From Candidatus Altimarinota bacterium (GTDB lineage Bacteria; Patescibacteriota; Gracilibacteria; UBA4473): a stretch of 34,283 nt of DNA. The stretch spans positions 1-34,283 of the forward strand of contig JALVIB010000030.1 of assembly GCA_027028725.1 (NCBI GenBank), in the 5' to 3' direction. Positions 8,770 to 16,958 of the stretch are shown here, one piece after another; position 1 is the stretch's first letter, and every line of letters begins with the position of its first letter. Position numbers and translations under genes: made by a program. A model generated the notes under the pieces. The model was not told where the DNA came from and searched no databases. It worked only from the letters and a program-made list of their open reading frames with translations.

Positions 8770-10164
8770 ATGCCTCATTATAAACGAAATATTCGCTTCT
8801 TGCTTTTTCTGATTATCCCAATTCTTTCTTTCTTATTGGGATGGAGCTTGAATCAGCAACAACACAAAGAAACTTATTCTCAGCTAGTTGCGGAAAATCC
8901 CGCGAAAAAAAAGAATAATTTTTTTGAAAACATTAAACTTCACCGCAAAAGTGATCCTAAAGATGTTAATCTAAGTTTATTTTGGGAAACTTGGAACACT
9001 CTGGATTCAAATTTTATCTATAAAGATCGTTTTGAAGACCAAAAACAAGTTTACGGAGCAATTAAAGGTTTGGTGAAATCAGTTGACGATCCTTACACCG
9101 TTTTTTTCACACCAGAAGAAACCGCCGAATTTGAAAAATCAATGCAGGACGAGGTTTTTACAGGAATTGGTGCAGAAATCGCGGTTAAACACGGAGTTCT
9201 GACAATTGTTTCACCGCTCAAAGGTTCGCCTGCAGAACTCGCGGGATTGCGCGCCGGAGACAAAGTTTTTTCTATTGATGAAGAACCAAGTTTAGAAATG
9301 TCGGCTGAGGAAGCGGTGACCAAAATTCGCGGACCAAAAGGCGAGCCGGTTGTTTTGGAAGTTTTGCGAGACGATGAAACCAAACCAGTTAAAATCACAA
9401 TTGTTCGCGACGATATTGTGAATAAAAGTTTAACTTGGAAAATGGAGGACGACATTGCAGTAATAGAAATCACGCAATTTGGAGAAGATTTAGAAGCACT
9501 TTTTGCTGAAGCCGTGCCAGAAATTTTACTTAAAAAACCGCGCGCGATGATTATTGATTTACGAAACAACGGCGGAGGGCTTCTCGACACGAGTGTAAAA
9601 CTGATGAACGAATTTTTTGATAAAAAAGTTTTGGTAACAACCAAAGGTCGTAAAGTTGGAGAAACTGGCGATTTAGAAAGTGATAACGGCGGAGCGTTTT
9701 TGGATATTCCAGTCGTGATTTTGGTAAACAAAGGAACCGCTTCGGCTTCGGAAATTTTCGCGGGAGCTTTCCAAGACTACGATCGCGGAGTGATTATCGG
9801 TGAAAAAACTTTCGGAAAAGGAGTTGTCCAAAACCTAATTCCGTTGTCTGGTGGAGCAACTCTGAAAGTTACGATTGCCGAATGGCTGACGCCAAAAGGT
9901 CGTTCGATAAACGATGACGGAATTTCGCCAGATATTGAGGCCGTACGGACAATGGAAGATTACGATAACGACCTTGATCCTGTGATGGACGAGGCGTTTA
10001 GAGTTTTGAATAATGACGGAGCTTACGAGCAGGTTTTTCAAGATAAACAAGAAAAAGCTGACAAATCCCGCGAAATTAGCGAAAATGAGACTGATGAAAA
10101 AATTGTGGACGAAAATTCAGAACCTGTGGAAGAAGATAATTCCGAAACAGAAACAAATGAGTAA
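8770..10164 (+). CDS. ctpA: Carboxy-terminal processing protease (S41A) with PDZ domain
   Basis: DPYT, GIGAEI, PDZ (SPAELAGLRAGD), IIDLRNNGGG, TASASEIFAGA, GEKTFGKG; N-terminal TM. Confidence 0.95.
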   Translation: MPHYKRNIRFLLFLIIPILSFLLGWSLNQQQHKETYSQLVAENPAKKKNNFFENIKLHRKSDPKDVNLSLFWETWNTLDSNFIYKDRFEDQKQVYGAIKGLVKSVDDPYTVFFTPEETAEFEKSMQDEVFTGIGAEIAVKHGVLTIVSPLKGSPAELAGLRAGDKVFSIDEEPSLEMSAEEAVTKIRGPKGEPVVLEVLRDDETKPVKITIVRDDIVNKSLTWKMEDDIAVIEITQFGEDLEALFAEAVPEILLKKPRAMIIDLRNNGGGLLDTSVKLMNEFFDKKVLVTTKGRKVGETGDLESDNGGAFLDIPVVILVNKGTASASEIFAGAFQDYDRGVIIGEKTFGKGVVQNLIPLSGGATLKVTIAEWLTPKGRSINDDGISPDIEAVRTMEDYDNDLDPVMDEAFRVLNNDGAYEQVFQDKQEKADKSREISENETDEKIVDENSEPVEEDNSETETNE

Positions 10165-10804
10165 AAATCCCGTGAAAAAATCAACCTCACCCCAACCCTC
10201 CAGAGAACTCGGGACTAGAAGGAGAGGGAGGAAAAAAGGAAAGATTTTCTTTATTTCTGGTCCGTCAGGAGTGGGCAAAGGTACACTTATCTCGGCACTT
10301 CGCGAAAGACATCCCGACTGGGCATTCCCGCCGAGTTGTACAACTCGTGATCCGCGAGCGGGCGAGGTTGATGGAATTACTTACTATTTTATTTCGCGGG
10401 AAAAATTCCGCGAAAAAATTGAAGCCGGTGAGTTTCTGGAATACGCCGAAGTTCATCAGGGGAACCTTTACGGGACTTTGCGCGACAAACTCTTAAATCC
10501 CGCGAAAAATGGGAAAATCGTTATTCGTGAATTTGATGTGCAGGGATTTGACCAAGCCCGCCGGAAACTAAATCGCGAAGATTATATTTCGATTTTTCTG
10601 CAAACCGAAGGTGGAGTTGAGGAATTGGTAAAACGCATCACTTCTCGCGCGCCAATTTCTGAGGAAGAACTCGCGCACCGTATTGAATCGATGAAAAACG
10701 AGTTCGCCCACGCGAAATTGTACGACTATATCGTTTTTTCGCGGGAAAATAAAATTCAGGAAATGGTGGAGGAAGTGGAAGGAATTATTGCGGAAAATAG
10801 CTAG
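10157..10804 (+). CDS. gmk: Guanylate kinase
   Basis: ISGPSGVGKGT, TTRDPRAGEVDG..YYF, FLEYAEVH..YGT. Start placed at ATG 10157, overlapping the S41 stop; the N-terminus is repeat-derived. Confidence 0.93.
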   Translation: MSKNPVKKSTSPQPSRELGTRRRGRKKGKIFFISGPSGVGKGTLISALRERHPDWAFPPSCTTRDPRAGEVDGITYYFISREKFREKIEAGEFLEYAEVHQGNLYGTLRDKLLNPAKNGKIVIREFDVQGFDQARRKLNREDYISIFLQTEGGVEELVKRITSRAPISEEELAHRIESMKNEFAHAKLYDYIVFSRENKIQEMVEEVEGIIAENS

Positions 10805-10966
10805 GAATAGTTCACAAACTTGTAGGGATCCCGAGTACTCGGGACGACCTGTCCACAAAAATCCCGCGAAATTTTGAAATTATTCCTTAATTTTCCCCCC
10901 GCCTTGCGGGGGGACGAGATGCAAGATGAAAAATTAAGGGGGATTTATTTAAAATCCCGCGCCCCC

Positions 10967-11767
10967 CTACACCGAAAAAACATCACAAATTTTCAATTTC
11001 CTCTGCAAAATCTGCTCGGCGCGTTTTTTGGTGAAATTGAGATCGTCGTCCGTGGCAATTTGAAAACTTTTTTTCGCCACCGCCTTGCGGGGCACAGCGG
11101 GATTTTTTTCTACCTCACCCCCGCCCTCTCCTGCTAGAAGAGGGAGTAAAGGAGAATCCTTTAAGTCCGGATTTTGGTCGGAAATCCCCCCAACCCACTT
11201 TATCAAGGGGGAGTTATCGGTAAGTAAATCTGTTAAAAAATAAACTTTCAACTGCGTGCCGGCGAGTTTTTGTAAAATTTGGCGCGTTCTTTTTTCCGCG
11301 AAAATTCCTTCGAGAAAAATCAGCGAATCCACGCGCCAAGTTTTGGCTCGGCGGATGTGTTTCCGTGCTAAACGGCGAAATTCTACGGAGTCGGCTAATC
11401 CTTCGTTCGCCATTTCTCGTAAAATCTGTGTTTCCAAAATGGAAAATTTCGCGGATTTTTCCGCACGCGGATTTTTTTGTCTGTAAGCGAAATTTTGTTT
11501 TGCAAGTTTATTGCAAAAACTCCGCGCATCCTTATTTTTTCTATCAAAAACAATTCCAACTCGTCCGAACTTAGTTTTTTCTTCAACAATTTTTTTAACT
11601 AACAGAAACCAGAAATCTTTTTCTGAAATAGCGTCTTTTTTATCAAAATCCCGCGATTTATTCTCCGAAGCTTTAGCGCAGGAGGAAATTTTTATCCAAA
11701 TTTTTTCCGCCGGATAATTTTTCGCCAAGGCGATTATTCCGAAGTCCGTTCCAACGAATTTTTTCAT
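10967..11767 (-). CDS. Degenerate glutamate racemase (MurI)-like protein lacking the catalytic Cys motifs, with in-frame repeat insertions
   Basis: FVGTDFG resembles IGVFDSG; GRVGIV; MANEGLADS...VDSLIFLEGIF resembles VEEG..D.LILGCTHYP; FQIATDD resembles FYTTGD. Visual similarity only. Confidence 0.55.
   Translation of the reverse strand: MKKFVGTDFGIIALAKNYPAEKIWIKISSCAKASENKSRDFDKKDAISEKDFWFLLVKKIVEEKTKFGRVGIVFDRKNKDARSFCNKLAKQNFAYRQKNPRAEKSAKFSILETQILREMANEGLADSVEFRRLARKHIRRAKTWRVDSLIFLEGIFAEKRTRQILQKLAGTQLKVYFLTDLLTDNSPLIKWVGGISDQNPDLKDSPLLPLLAGEGGGEVEKNPAVPRKAVAKKSFQIATDDDLNFTKKRAEQILQRKLKICDVFSV
11078..11098. mobile_element. 21-bp small dispersed element inserted in the core motif
   Basis: TTTCGC[CACCGCCTTGCGGGGCACAGC]GGGATTT, giving NPA[VPRKAVA]K. 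Confidence 0.85.
11656..11685. mobile_element. 30-bp small element inserted in the core motif
   Basis: AAAATCCCGCG[ATTTATTCTCCGAAGCTTTAGCGCAGGAGG]AAATTTT, giving KIS[SCAKASENKS]RDF. Confidence 0.75.
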
Positions 11768-11835
11768 TTCCCCGCGAAATTAGCAAAAAATTTGTCAAAA
11801 AGCCAATCTTTCCTTTACAATTACAAAAAAACAAA

Positions 11836-12369
11836 ATGAATATAGATTTAGCCGATACAAAATACCAAAAACCAGTTTCTAAAACCACGAAAAATTCGCG
11901 GGATTTTTTGAAAACTTTTCTAATTCTCGCTTTTTTGGGAATTTTGGTCTGGTTTGGAATTCTTTTTTATCAAAAAACCACTTTAGAAAAGGAAAATGCA
12001 CGCTACCAAACTTCAATTGAAACGACAACAGAACGAGTCAAAAAGCTACTTAATTCAGATAATCCCGCGAAAAAAATCGCCGTTGCCAAGACTTTAAACA
12101 AATTAGAAAAAAGACGAATTTTGTGGTCCGAAGTGATGGCGAAAATTATTAAATTAGAAATTCCCGGAATTACTTTTCGTGATTTTTCTGTCGGCGACAA
12201 AGGGCAAATTTCAGCAACTGTTTCCGCGCGAAGTTTCAATTCTGTTCAGCAGTTCGTCAAAAAATTAAATTCCGATGAAAATGTGTCGCAAGTCGTTATC
12301 AATTCGATTCGTTTGGATGAAGCGACTGCGGGCTTGCTGGTGGATTTAAATTTTAACTTTAAATACTAA
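11836..12369 (+). CDS. Type IV pilus assembly protein, PilN-like
   Basis: Single TM, coiled coil, WSEVM..I, ferredoxin-like C-terminus; lies upstream of PilO-like and PilC genes. Confidence 0.7.
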   Translation: MNIDLADTKYQKPVSKTTKNSRDFLKTFLILAFLGILVWFGILFYQKTTLEKENARYQTSIETTTERVKKLLNSDNPAKKIAVAKTLNKLEKRRILWSEVMAKIIKLEIPGITFRDFSVGDKGQISATVSARSFNSVQQFVKKLNSDENVSQVVINSIRLDEATAGLLVDLNFNFKY

Positions 12370-12890
12370 TGAAAACTTGGAAAATTTTATTCATTGTGAT
12401 TTTGATTAGCGCGATTGGGTTTGGAGTTTTTCCTTTGCGGAAAAAAATCGCGGGATTACGAACAGAAAACCAAAAACTCGCCAAAATTCGCGAGCAAAAA
12501 ATCGCGGAATACGAAGAACTTACTAGCAAGATGCAAAATCCTGATCAAGGAATTGCTGATCCCGAATTAAAAATCCCGCGAAAATTAGCGCAAACGGAAT
12601 TATTGATAGATTTACAAAAAATCGCTTCTCAAACTGGAATTGAATTGCCAGATTCGTGGTCATTTTCCGTCACCAAAGATGCTGATTTGGATATTTCTCA
12701 GTTGGGCGTGTCTTTCTCGATCAAAGGAAGTCGCGGGAATATTTATAAATTTTTACAACTTGTCGAGCAAAACGAAAGATTTATGGATGTCGAAAGATTG
12801 GCTTTGCGGACTTTTTCTGATAACGGAGTACCAACGATAGAAATGCCAATTAATTTAACTGCTTATGCACAAGAAATTGTCGAAAAATAA
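12369..12890 (+). CDS. Type IV pilus assembly protein, PilO-like
   Basis: N-terminal TM, coiled coil, IP......LL..L..IA..TG, KG....I..FL..VE...RFM.V pattern. Confidence 0.75.
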   Translation: MKTWKILFIVILISAIGFGVFPLRKKIAGLRTENQKLAKIREQKIAEYEELTSKMQNPDQGIADPELKIPRKLAQTELLIDLQKIASQTGIELPDSWSFSVTKDADLDISQLGVSFSIKGSRGNIYKFLQLVEQNERFMDVERLALRTFSDNGVPTIEMPINLTAYAQEIVEK

Positions 12891-12902
12891 TCCTGTGGAC
12901 TA

Positions 12903-14087
12903 ATGAATTTGAATTTTAAAATCTCTCCCAAGAATAAAATCCCGCTGCGCCCCGCAAGGCGGCGGCGAAAAATTATTTACGGGGTGACTGATCGGTCAAA
13001 TGATTCTTTGTGGCAAAAAATAAACGACTTTTTAATCGATAATTCACCAATTACCAAGAAAGAAAAAATGGTTTTTTTTAATTCCCTTAAACTTTTAGTC
13101 ACTTCGGGAGTTAATTTTACCAAAGCCATTCACATGATGGCGGAGCGGAGCAAAAATGAGCATTTGAAACGAATTTTACATACCATTGAATACGATATGT
13201 TGAACTCGGGGATGAGATTTTCTGAAGCAATGGCAAAATATCCGCGAGTTTTTAGTGTTTCAGAAATGAAAATGATTTATTCTGGAGAAATCGCGGGGCG
13301 GTTAGAAGAAGTTTTGGAAGCAGTAGCAACGCGAATTCAGAAAAATATCGAAATGGAAATTCGCGTGAAATCGGCGATGATGTATCCGATTACGGTTTTT
13401 ATCGCGATAATTTTGGCGGGAATAGTGGTGATGCTTTTTGTCGTGCCAAAATTTGAAGCAATGTTCGCGAGTTTTGGGAGTGATTTGCCGATTGCGACCA
13501 AAATTATGATTGGAATGTCGCGCTTTTTTCAAGACTACTGGTGGTTTTTGTTATTAATTTTAATTAGTGCTTGGGTAATTTTCCAAAACTGGAAAAAAAG
13601 CGAAGACGGAAAATATCAATGGGACGAGTTTTTATTGAATTTGCCGGGGATTGGTCCATTAATTCGCGATATTCAAACTGCAAAAATCGCGGGAAATTTT
13701 TCCACTCTCTTGGAGTCTGGAATTCCGATTGCCAAAGCGATTCATGTTTTGGGAGAAATTATTGATAACGATGTAATTTCGCAGGTTTTACTGCAAATTG
13801 AACACGAAGTTCGCAAAGGAAAACAAGTTCACGAAGCTTTTGCAGAACACCCAGAACTAGACCCGATTCTGGCAGAAGTGATAGAAATTGGGGAACAATC
13901 GGGAGCAATTCCGCAAGTTTTGCATAAAGTTGGAATGCAGTATGATTTAGAAGTTGACGCGCAGTTGAAAAATTTATCGGCGATGATTGAGCCACTGGTG
14001 ATTTTAATTGTAGGGCTGGCGGTCACCTTTATGGCGTTGGCGATTATGACACCAATTATGAAAATGCAATCGCTTTTTGCCGGCTAA
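12903..14087 (+). CDS. pilC: Type IV pilus platform protein PilC / T2SS F family
   Basis: Two T2SSF domains: SGV....A, GE.AG.LE.VL, KSAMMYP, LLESGIPI, IGEQSG, IEP. Confidence 0.93.
   Translation: MNLNFKISPKNKIPLRPARRRRKIIYGVTDRSNDSLWQKINDFLIDNSPITKKEKMVFFNSLKLLVTSGVNFTKAIHMMAERSKNEHLKRILHTIEYDMLNSGMRFSEAMAKYPRVFSVSEMKMIYSGEIAGRLEEVLEAVATRIQKNIEMEIRVKSAMMYPITVFIAIILAGIVVMLFVVPKFEAMFASFGSDLPIATKIMIGMSRFFQDYWWFLLLILISAWVIFQNWKKSEDGKYQWDEFLLNLPGIGPLIRDIQTAKIAGNFSTLLESGIPIAKAIHVLGEIIDNDVISQVLLQIEHEVRKGKQVHEAFAEHPELDPILAEVIEIGEQSGAIPQVLHKVGMQYDLEVDAQLKNLSAMIEPLVILIVGLAVTFMALAIMTPIMKMQSLFAG
12946..12966. mobile_element. 21-bp small dispersed element inserted in the core motif
   Basis: AAAATCCCGC[TGCGCCCCGCAAGGCGGCGGC]GAAA, giving IP[LRPARRR]RK. 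Confidence 0.85.
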
Positions 14088-14155
14088 ACATAACCCCTAA
14101 ATCCCCTTATCAGGGGACTTATCCAGAAAATCCCGCGAAATTTATAAGAAATAAA

Positions 14156-14785
14156 ATGAGTAGTAATTCTAAAAAACAAACTCAAAATAAATTTCCCCCT
14201 GATAAGGGGGTCAGGGGGTTAAATTGTGGATTTACTTTGATTGAATTATTGGTAACAATGTCAATTATCGCGATTTTATTCGCGGTGGGAATGCCGGCGT
14301 TTTCAGATTTTCAAAAAACTTCTCGACTCAAAGAATCCGCGGAAACTTTGGAAACAGCTTTTGGCGAAGCTTTTTCGAGCGCGCGTTCCCGACCGGAATG
14401 TTTTGTGTTTTCGGGATCAGGGAATTCTTTGAAATTAGAAAGTTTTGATAAAACTTGCGAAGGAAATGCAAAAAATTCCCGCGAAATTTCTCTAAACCCT
14501 GGAGTGGAAATTTCTGAAAATTTTAAGATTAAATTCAAACCACCATTTGGTGATTTGGAGCTTGTTGAAGGAGATCTTGAAGATGAAAGTGATGAATTAA
14601 AAATAAAACTGTGTAATAAAGATTGTGTGAATTTTGTGGTTTATCAAAAATCGGGATTGTTGACGAGAAAATCCCGCGAAATTTCGGGGGAGAGTGTTTC
14701 CAAGTCCGGACTTAAAGTCCTGAGTTTTGTCTCAAGTCCGGACTTAGAAAAACACTCGGGAAATTCTAACCACTCAAGACAATGA
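14156..14785 (+). CDS. Minor pilin / pseudopilin (FimT/GspH-like)
   Basis: Prepilin motif G|FTLIELLVTMSIIAIL...P, then A.S.ARS; leader and C-terminal tail are repeat-derived. Confidence 0.85.
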   Translation: MSSNSKKQTQNKFPPDKGVRGLNCGFTLIELLVTMSIIAILFAVGMPAFSDFQKTSRLKESAETLETAFGEAFSSARSRPECFVFSGSGNSLKLESFDKTCEGNAKNSREISLNPGVEISENFKIKFKPPFGDLELVEGDLEDESDELKIKLCNKDCVNFVVYQKSGLLTRKSREISGESVSKSGLKVLSFVSSPDLEKHSGNSNHSRQ

Positions 14786-15258
14786 GAACGAAACAAAAAG
14801 GATTTGCTTTAATTGAAGTGATTGTTTCCATTGTGATTTTGTCGCTGGTTTTGGTAGCTGCGGTGGGACTTTTGTATTCCGTGGGACAAGCGGTAGAAAC
14901 CAACCGCGACCGCTTAACCGCGACTTATTTAGCGCAGGAGTGTTTGGAACTAGTCCGTAACGCCCGCGATACTTCTTGGAAAAACTACGAGCCATGGGAT
15001 TGCGCATGGAAAGAAACAACGCCTTGTGAGGGAAAACAGATTGTAAACCTGATTAAACAAAATCCAGTAATGATAAATGAAGAAAGTACAAAATTTTCGC
15101 GGGATTTTCAGGTAGAATCAATTGAGAATGTTTTGCAAGCACAAAGAAGCAGAACCTTATCGAATTCCGAAGAAGTGAAAATAACTTGCACCGTCTCGTG
15201 GGGCGAGAATTCCAAACTATCCATTTCGGAAATACTTACTAACTGGCGGAAAAGATGA
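14782..15258 (+). CDS. Minor pilin (PilV/GspI-like)
   Basis: KG|FALIEVIVSI, A.YLAQE.LE.VR, ITCTVSW. Confidence 0.85.
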   Translation: MRTKQKGFALIEVIVSIVILSLVLVAAVGLLYSVGQAVETNRDRLTATYLAQECLELVRNARDTSWKNYEPWDCAWKETTPCEGKQIVNLIKQNPVMINEESTKFSRDFQVESIENVLQAQRSRTLSNSEEVKITCTVSWGENSKLSISEILTNWRKR

Positions 15259-15914
15259 GAAAAATTTGGGAAAAAGTTTTTGGTAAAATCCCCCTCAATC
15301 CCCCTTTAAAGAAAGGGGGAGGCTCGCAGCAGGTGAAACAGGATGAAAAAAATAAAAAATTTTCCTTTTTCATCCCCCTTTTTTCAAAGGGGGACAAGAA
15401 GCAGGGAATAAGGCAAAGGGGGATTTTAATCAGAAATTTCGCGGGATTTTCCCTCATCGAATTGCTGGTGGCAATGACCATTGGTGGCGTGATTTTGACC
15501 GCAGTGATGACTAGTTATGTGGCAATGACCAAGACGAGTTTGCGACTGGATTTGGCGCGCCAGATGCAGAAAGAAACAAATTTCGCGGTAATTCGAATGG
15601 TGGATAAAATTCGGAATTATCCGATTAAAAATTGTGATGAGAAAAAATTAGTTTTGCAAAACAGACAAGGACATGAAATTACTTTTAAATTTTTGTTAGA
15701 AAATAAACAACAATTAACTCTCAATGAACAACCGCTTTTTTCGGAAAATATCGCGGTCGATGACGGACATTTTGATTGTAAAGGACTTGATGATGAAGAA
15801 AATCCCGCGAAAATTCAGCCCCGCGTGCAGATTTATCTCCAAGTTTCCGCGAAAAAAGATCCCGAAATCACCAACCGCGTGCAGACGACTATTTCTTCAC
15901 GAATTTTTAACTAA
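15255..15914 (+). CDS. Minor pilin (PilW/GspJ-like) with a long repeat-derived leader peptide
   Basis: AG|FSLIELLVAM at about residue 65; C-terminal QTTISSR. Confidence 0.85.
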   Translation: MRKIWEKVFGKIPLNPPLKKGGGSQQVKQDEKNKKFSFFIPLFSKGDKKQGIRQRGILIRNFAGFSLIELLVAMTIGGVILTAVMTSYVAMTKTSLRLDLARQMQKETNFAVIRMVDKIRNYPIKNCDEKKLVLQNRQGHEITFKFLLENKQQLTLNEQPLFSENIAVDDGHFDCKGLDDEENPAKIQPRVQIYLQVSAKKDPEITNRVQTTISSRIFN

Positions 15915-15967
15915 CCCCTAAATCCCCTTATCAGGGGACTTTAAAAATCCCGCGAAAATATAAAAAA

Positions 15968-16939
15968 ATGAATAAATTAAAAAAACGAATACGAAACATC
16001 TTCCCCCTGACAAGGGGGCGAGGGGGTTTGAAAAACAACGGAATGGTAATCCTCTTGCCGACAATTATTTTATCAGGACTGATTTTGGCGGTAGGACTTG
16101 GTTTGTCGCGGGTTTTGATGACGGAACTAGAATTTTCCGCGGATTTGTTGTTTTCCGAAAAGGCGTATTTCGCGGCGGAATCTGGAGTAGAAAAATCTCT
16201 TTTGGCGCTCAAAGATAAACCGCTTAACTATGTTTCCGAATCGGATAAAGAAGTGGGAACAGGCGCGACTTATGATTTGGAAATTGCTAACTCGGTAAAA
16301 GAATTTCCGTTCGTTTTAGACGAAAACGAAACTATTAAATTCCGCTTGGGAGTGGATACTAATGAGAGTTTCGCGGGATATTCCGTGCGACCGATTACAA
16401 GTTTCAAAGTAGATAATTTAGTGGGAATAAAAAGAAATCTGCACTGGAAAATCCTTTGTTTAGTTGATAGCGGAGGAAATCCCGCCCTTCAACGAAGTTC
16501 AGGGCAAGCCCATCGGCAGAGCTCAGGGCAAGCGAAAAAAACGGTAGCCTTGTCAGGGACAGGAGATAATTTTACCAAAGGAAATTATGATGATGGAGAG
16601 AATGAGATTACAACTGAAACTATAGTGAACTTTTTAGGTAGATATAATTCAGAGGGAAACCCTTGTTTTATGTCGTTATCTAATTTTTCTGAGATAAATG
16701 AAGGAAATTCTAGTCGAACCAACCCTTCAACATTTAACTCACAACAAACTAATAATTCAAAAATTCGCGGGATTTTTAAGCCAATAATTCCCGAAACAAT
16801 CGCTCCAGCAAAAGTGAAAATCACCGCCACGGGAAAAAGTTTTTCCCGCGAAAAAATTGTTTCCTTTGATTATTGGCAAAAGAATCTATCCGCGGTTTAT
16901 GATTTGGGGTTGTATTATACGAAAGATTTAACAGAGTAG
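15968..16939 (+). CDS. Minor pilin (PilX/GspK-like)
   Basis: NG|MVILL hydrophobic helix without Glu5, KAYFAAESGVE, ITATG near the C-terminus. Confidence 0.8.
   Translation: MNKLKKRIRNIFPLTRGRGGLKNNGMVILLPTIILSGLILAVGLGLSRVLMTELEFSADLLFSEKAYFAAESGVEKSLLALKDKPLNYVSESDKEVGTGATYDLEIANSVKEFPFVLDENETIKFRLGVDTNESFAGYSVRPITSFKVDNLVGIKRNLHWKILCLVDSGGNPALQRSSGQAHRQSSGQAKKTVALSGTGDNFTKGNYDDGENEITTETIVNFLGRYNSEGNPCFMSLSNFSEINEGNSSRTNPSTFNSQQTNNSKIRGIFKPIIPETIAPAKVKITATGKSFSREKIVSFDYWQKNLSAVYDLGLYYTKDLTE
16486..16533. mobile_element. Two tandem 24-bp small elements inserted in the core motif
   Basis: AAATCCCGC[CCTTCAACGAAGTTCAGGGCAAGC][CCATCGGCAGAGCTCAGGGCAAGC]GAAAA, giving NPA[LQRSSGQA][HRQSSGQA]K. Confidence 0.85.
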
Positions 16940-16958
16940 AGAAAAATTTCGCGGGATT

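Noticed and set aside
10013-10156. Longer gmk start at 10013
   Set aside because: It would overlap the S41 gene by 150 bp; ATG 10157 gives normal coupling.
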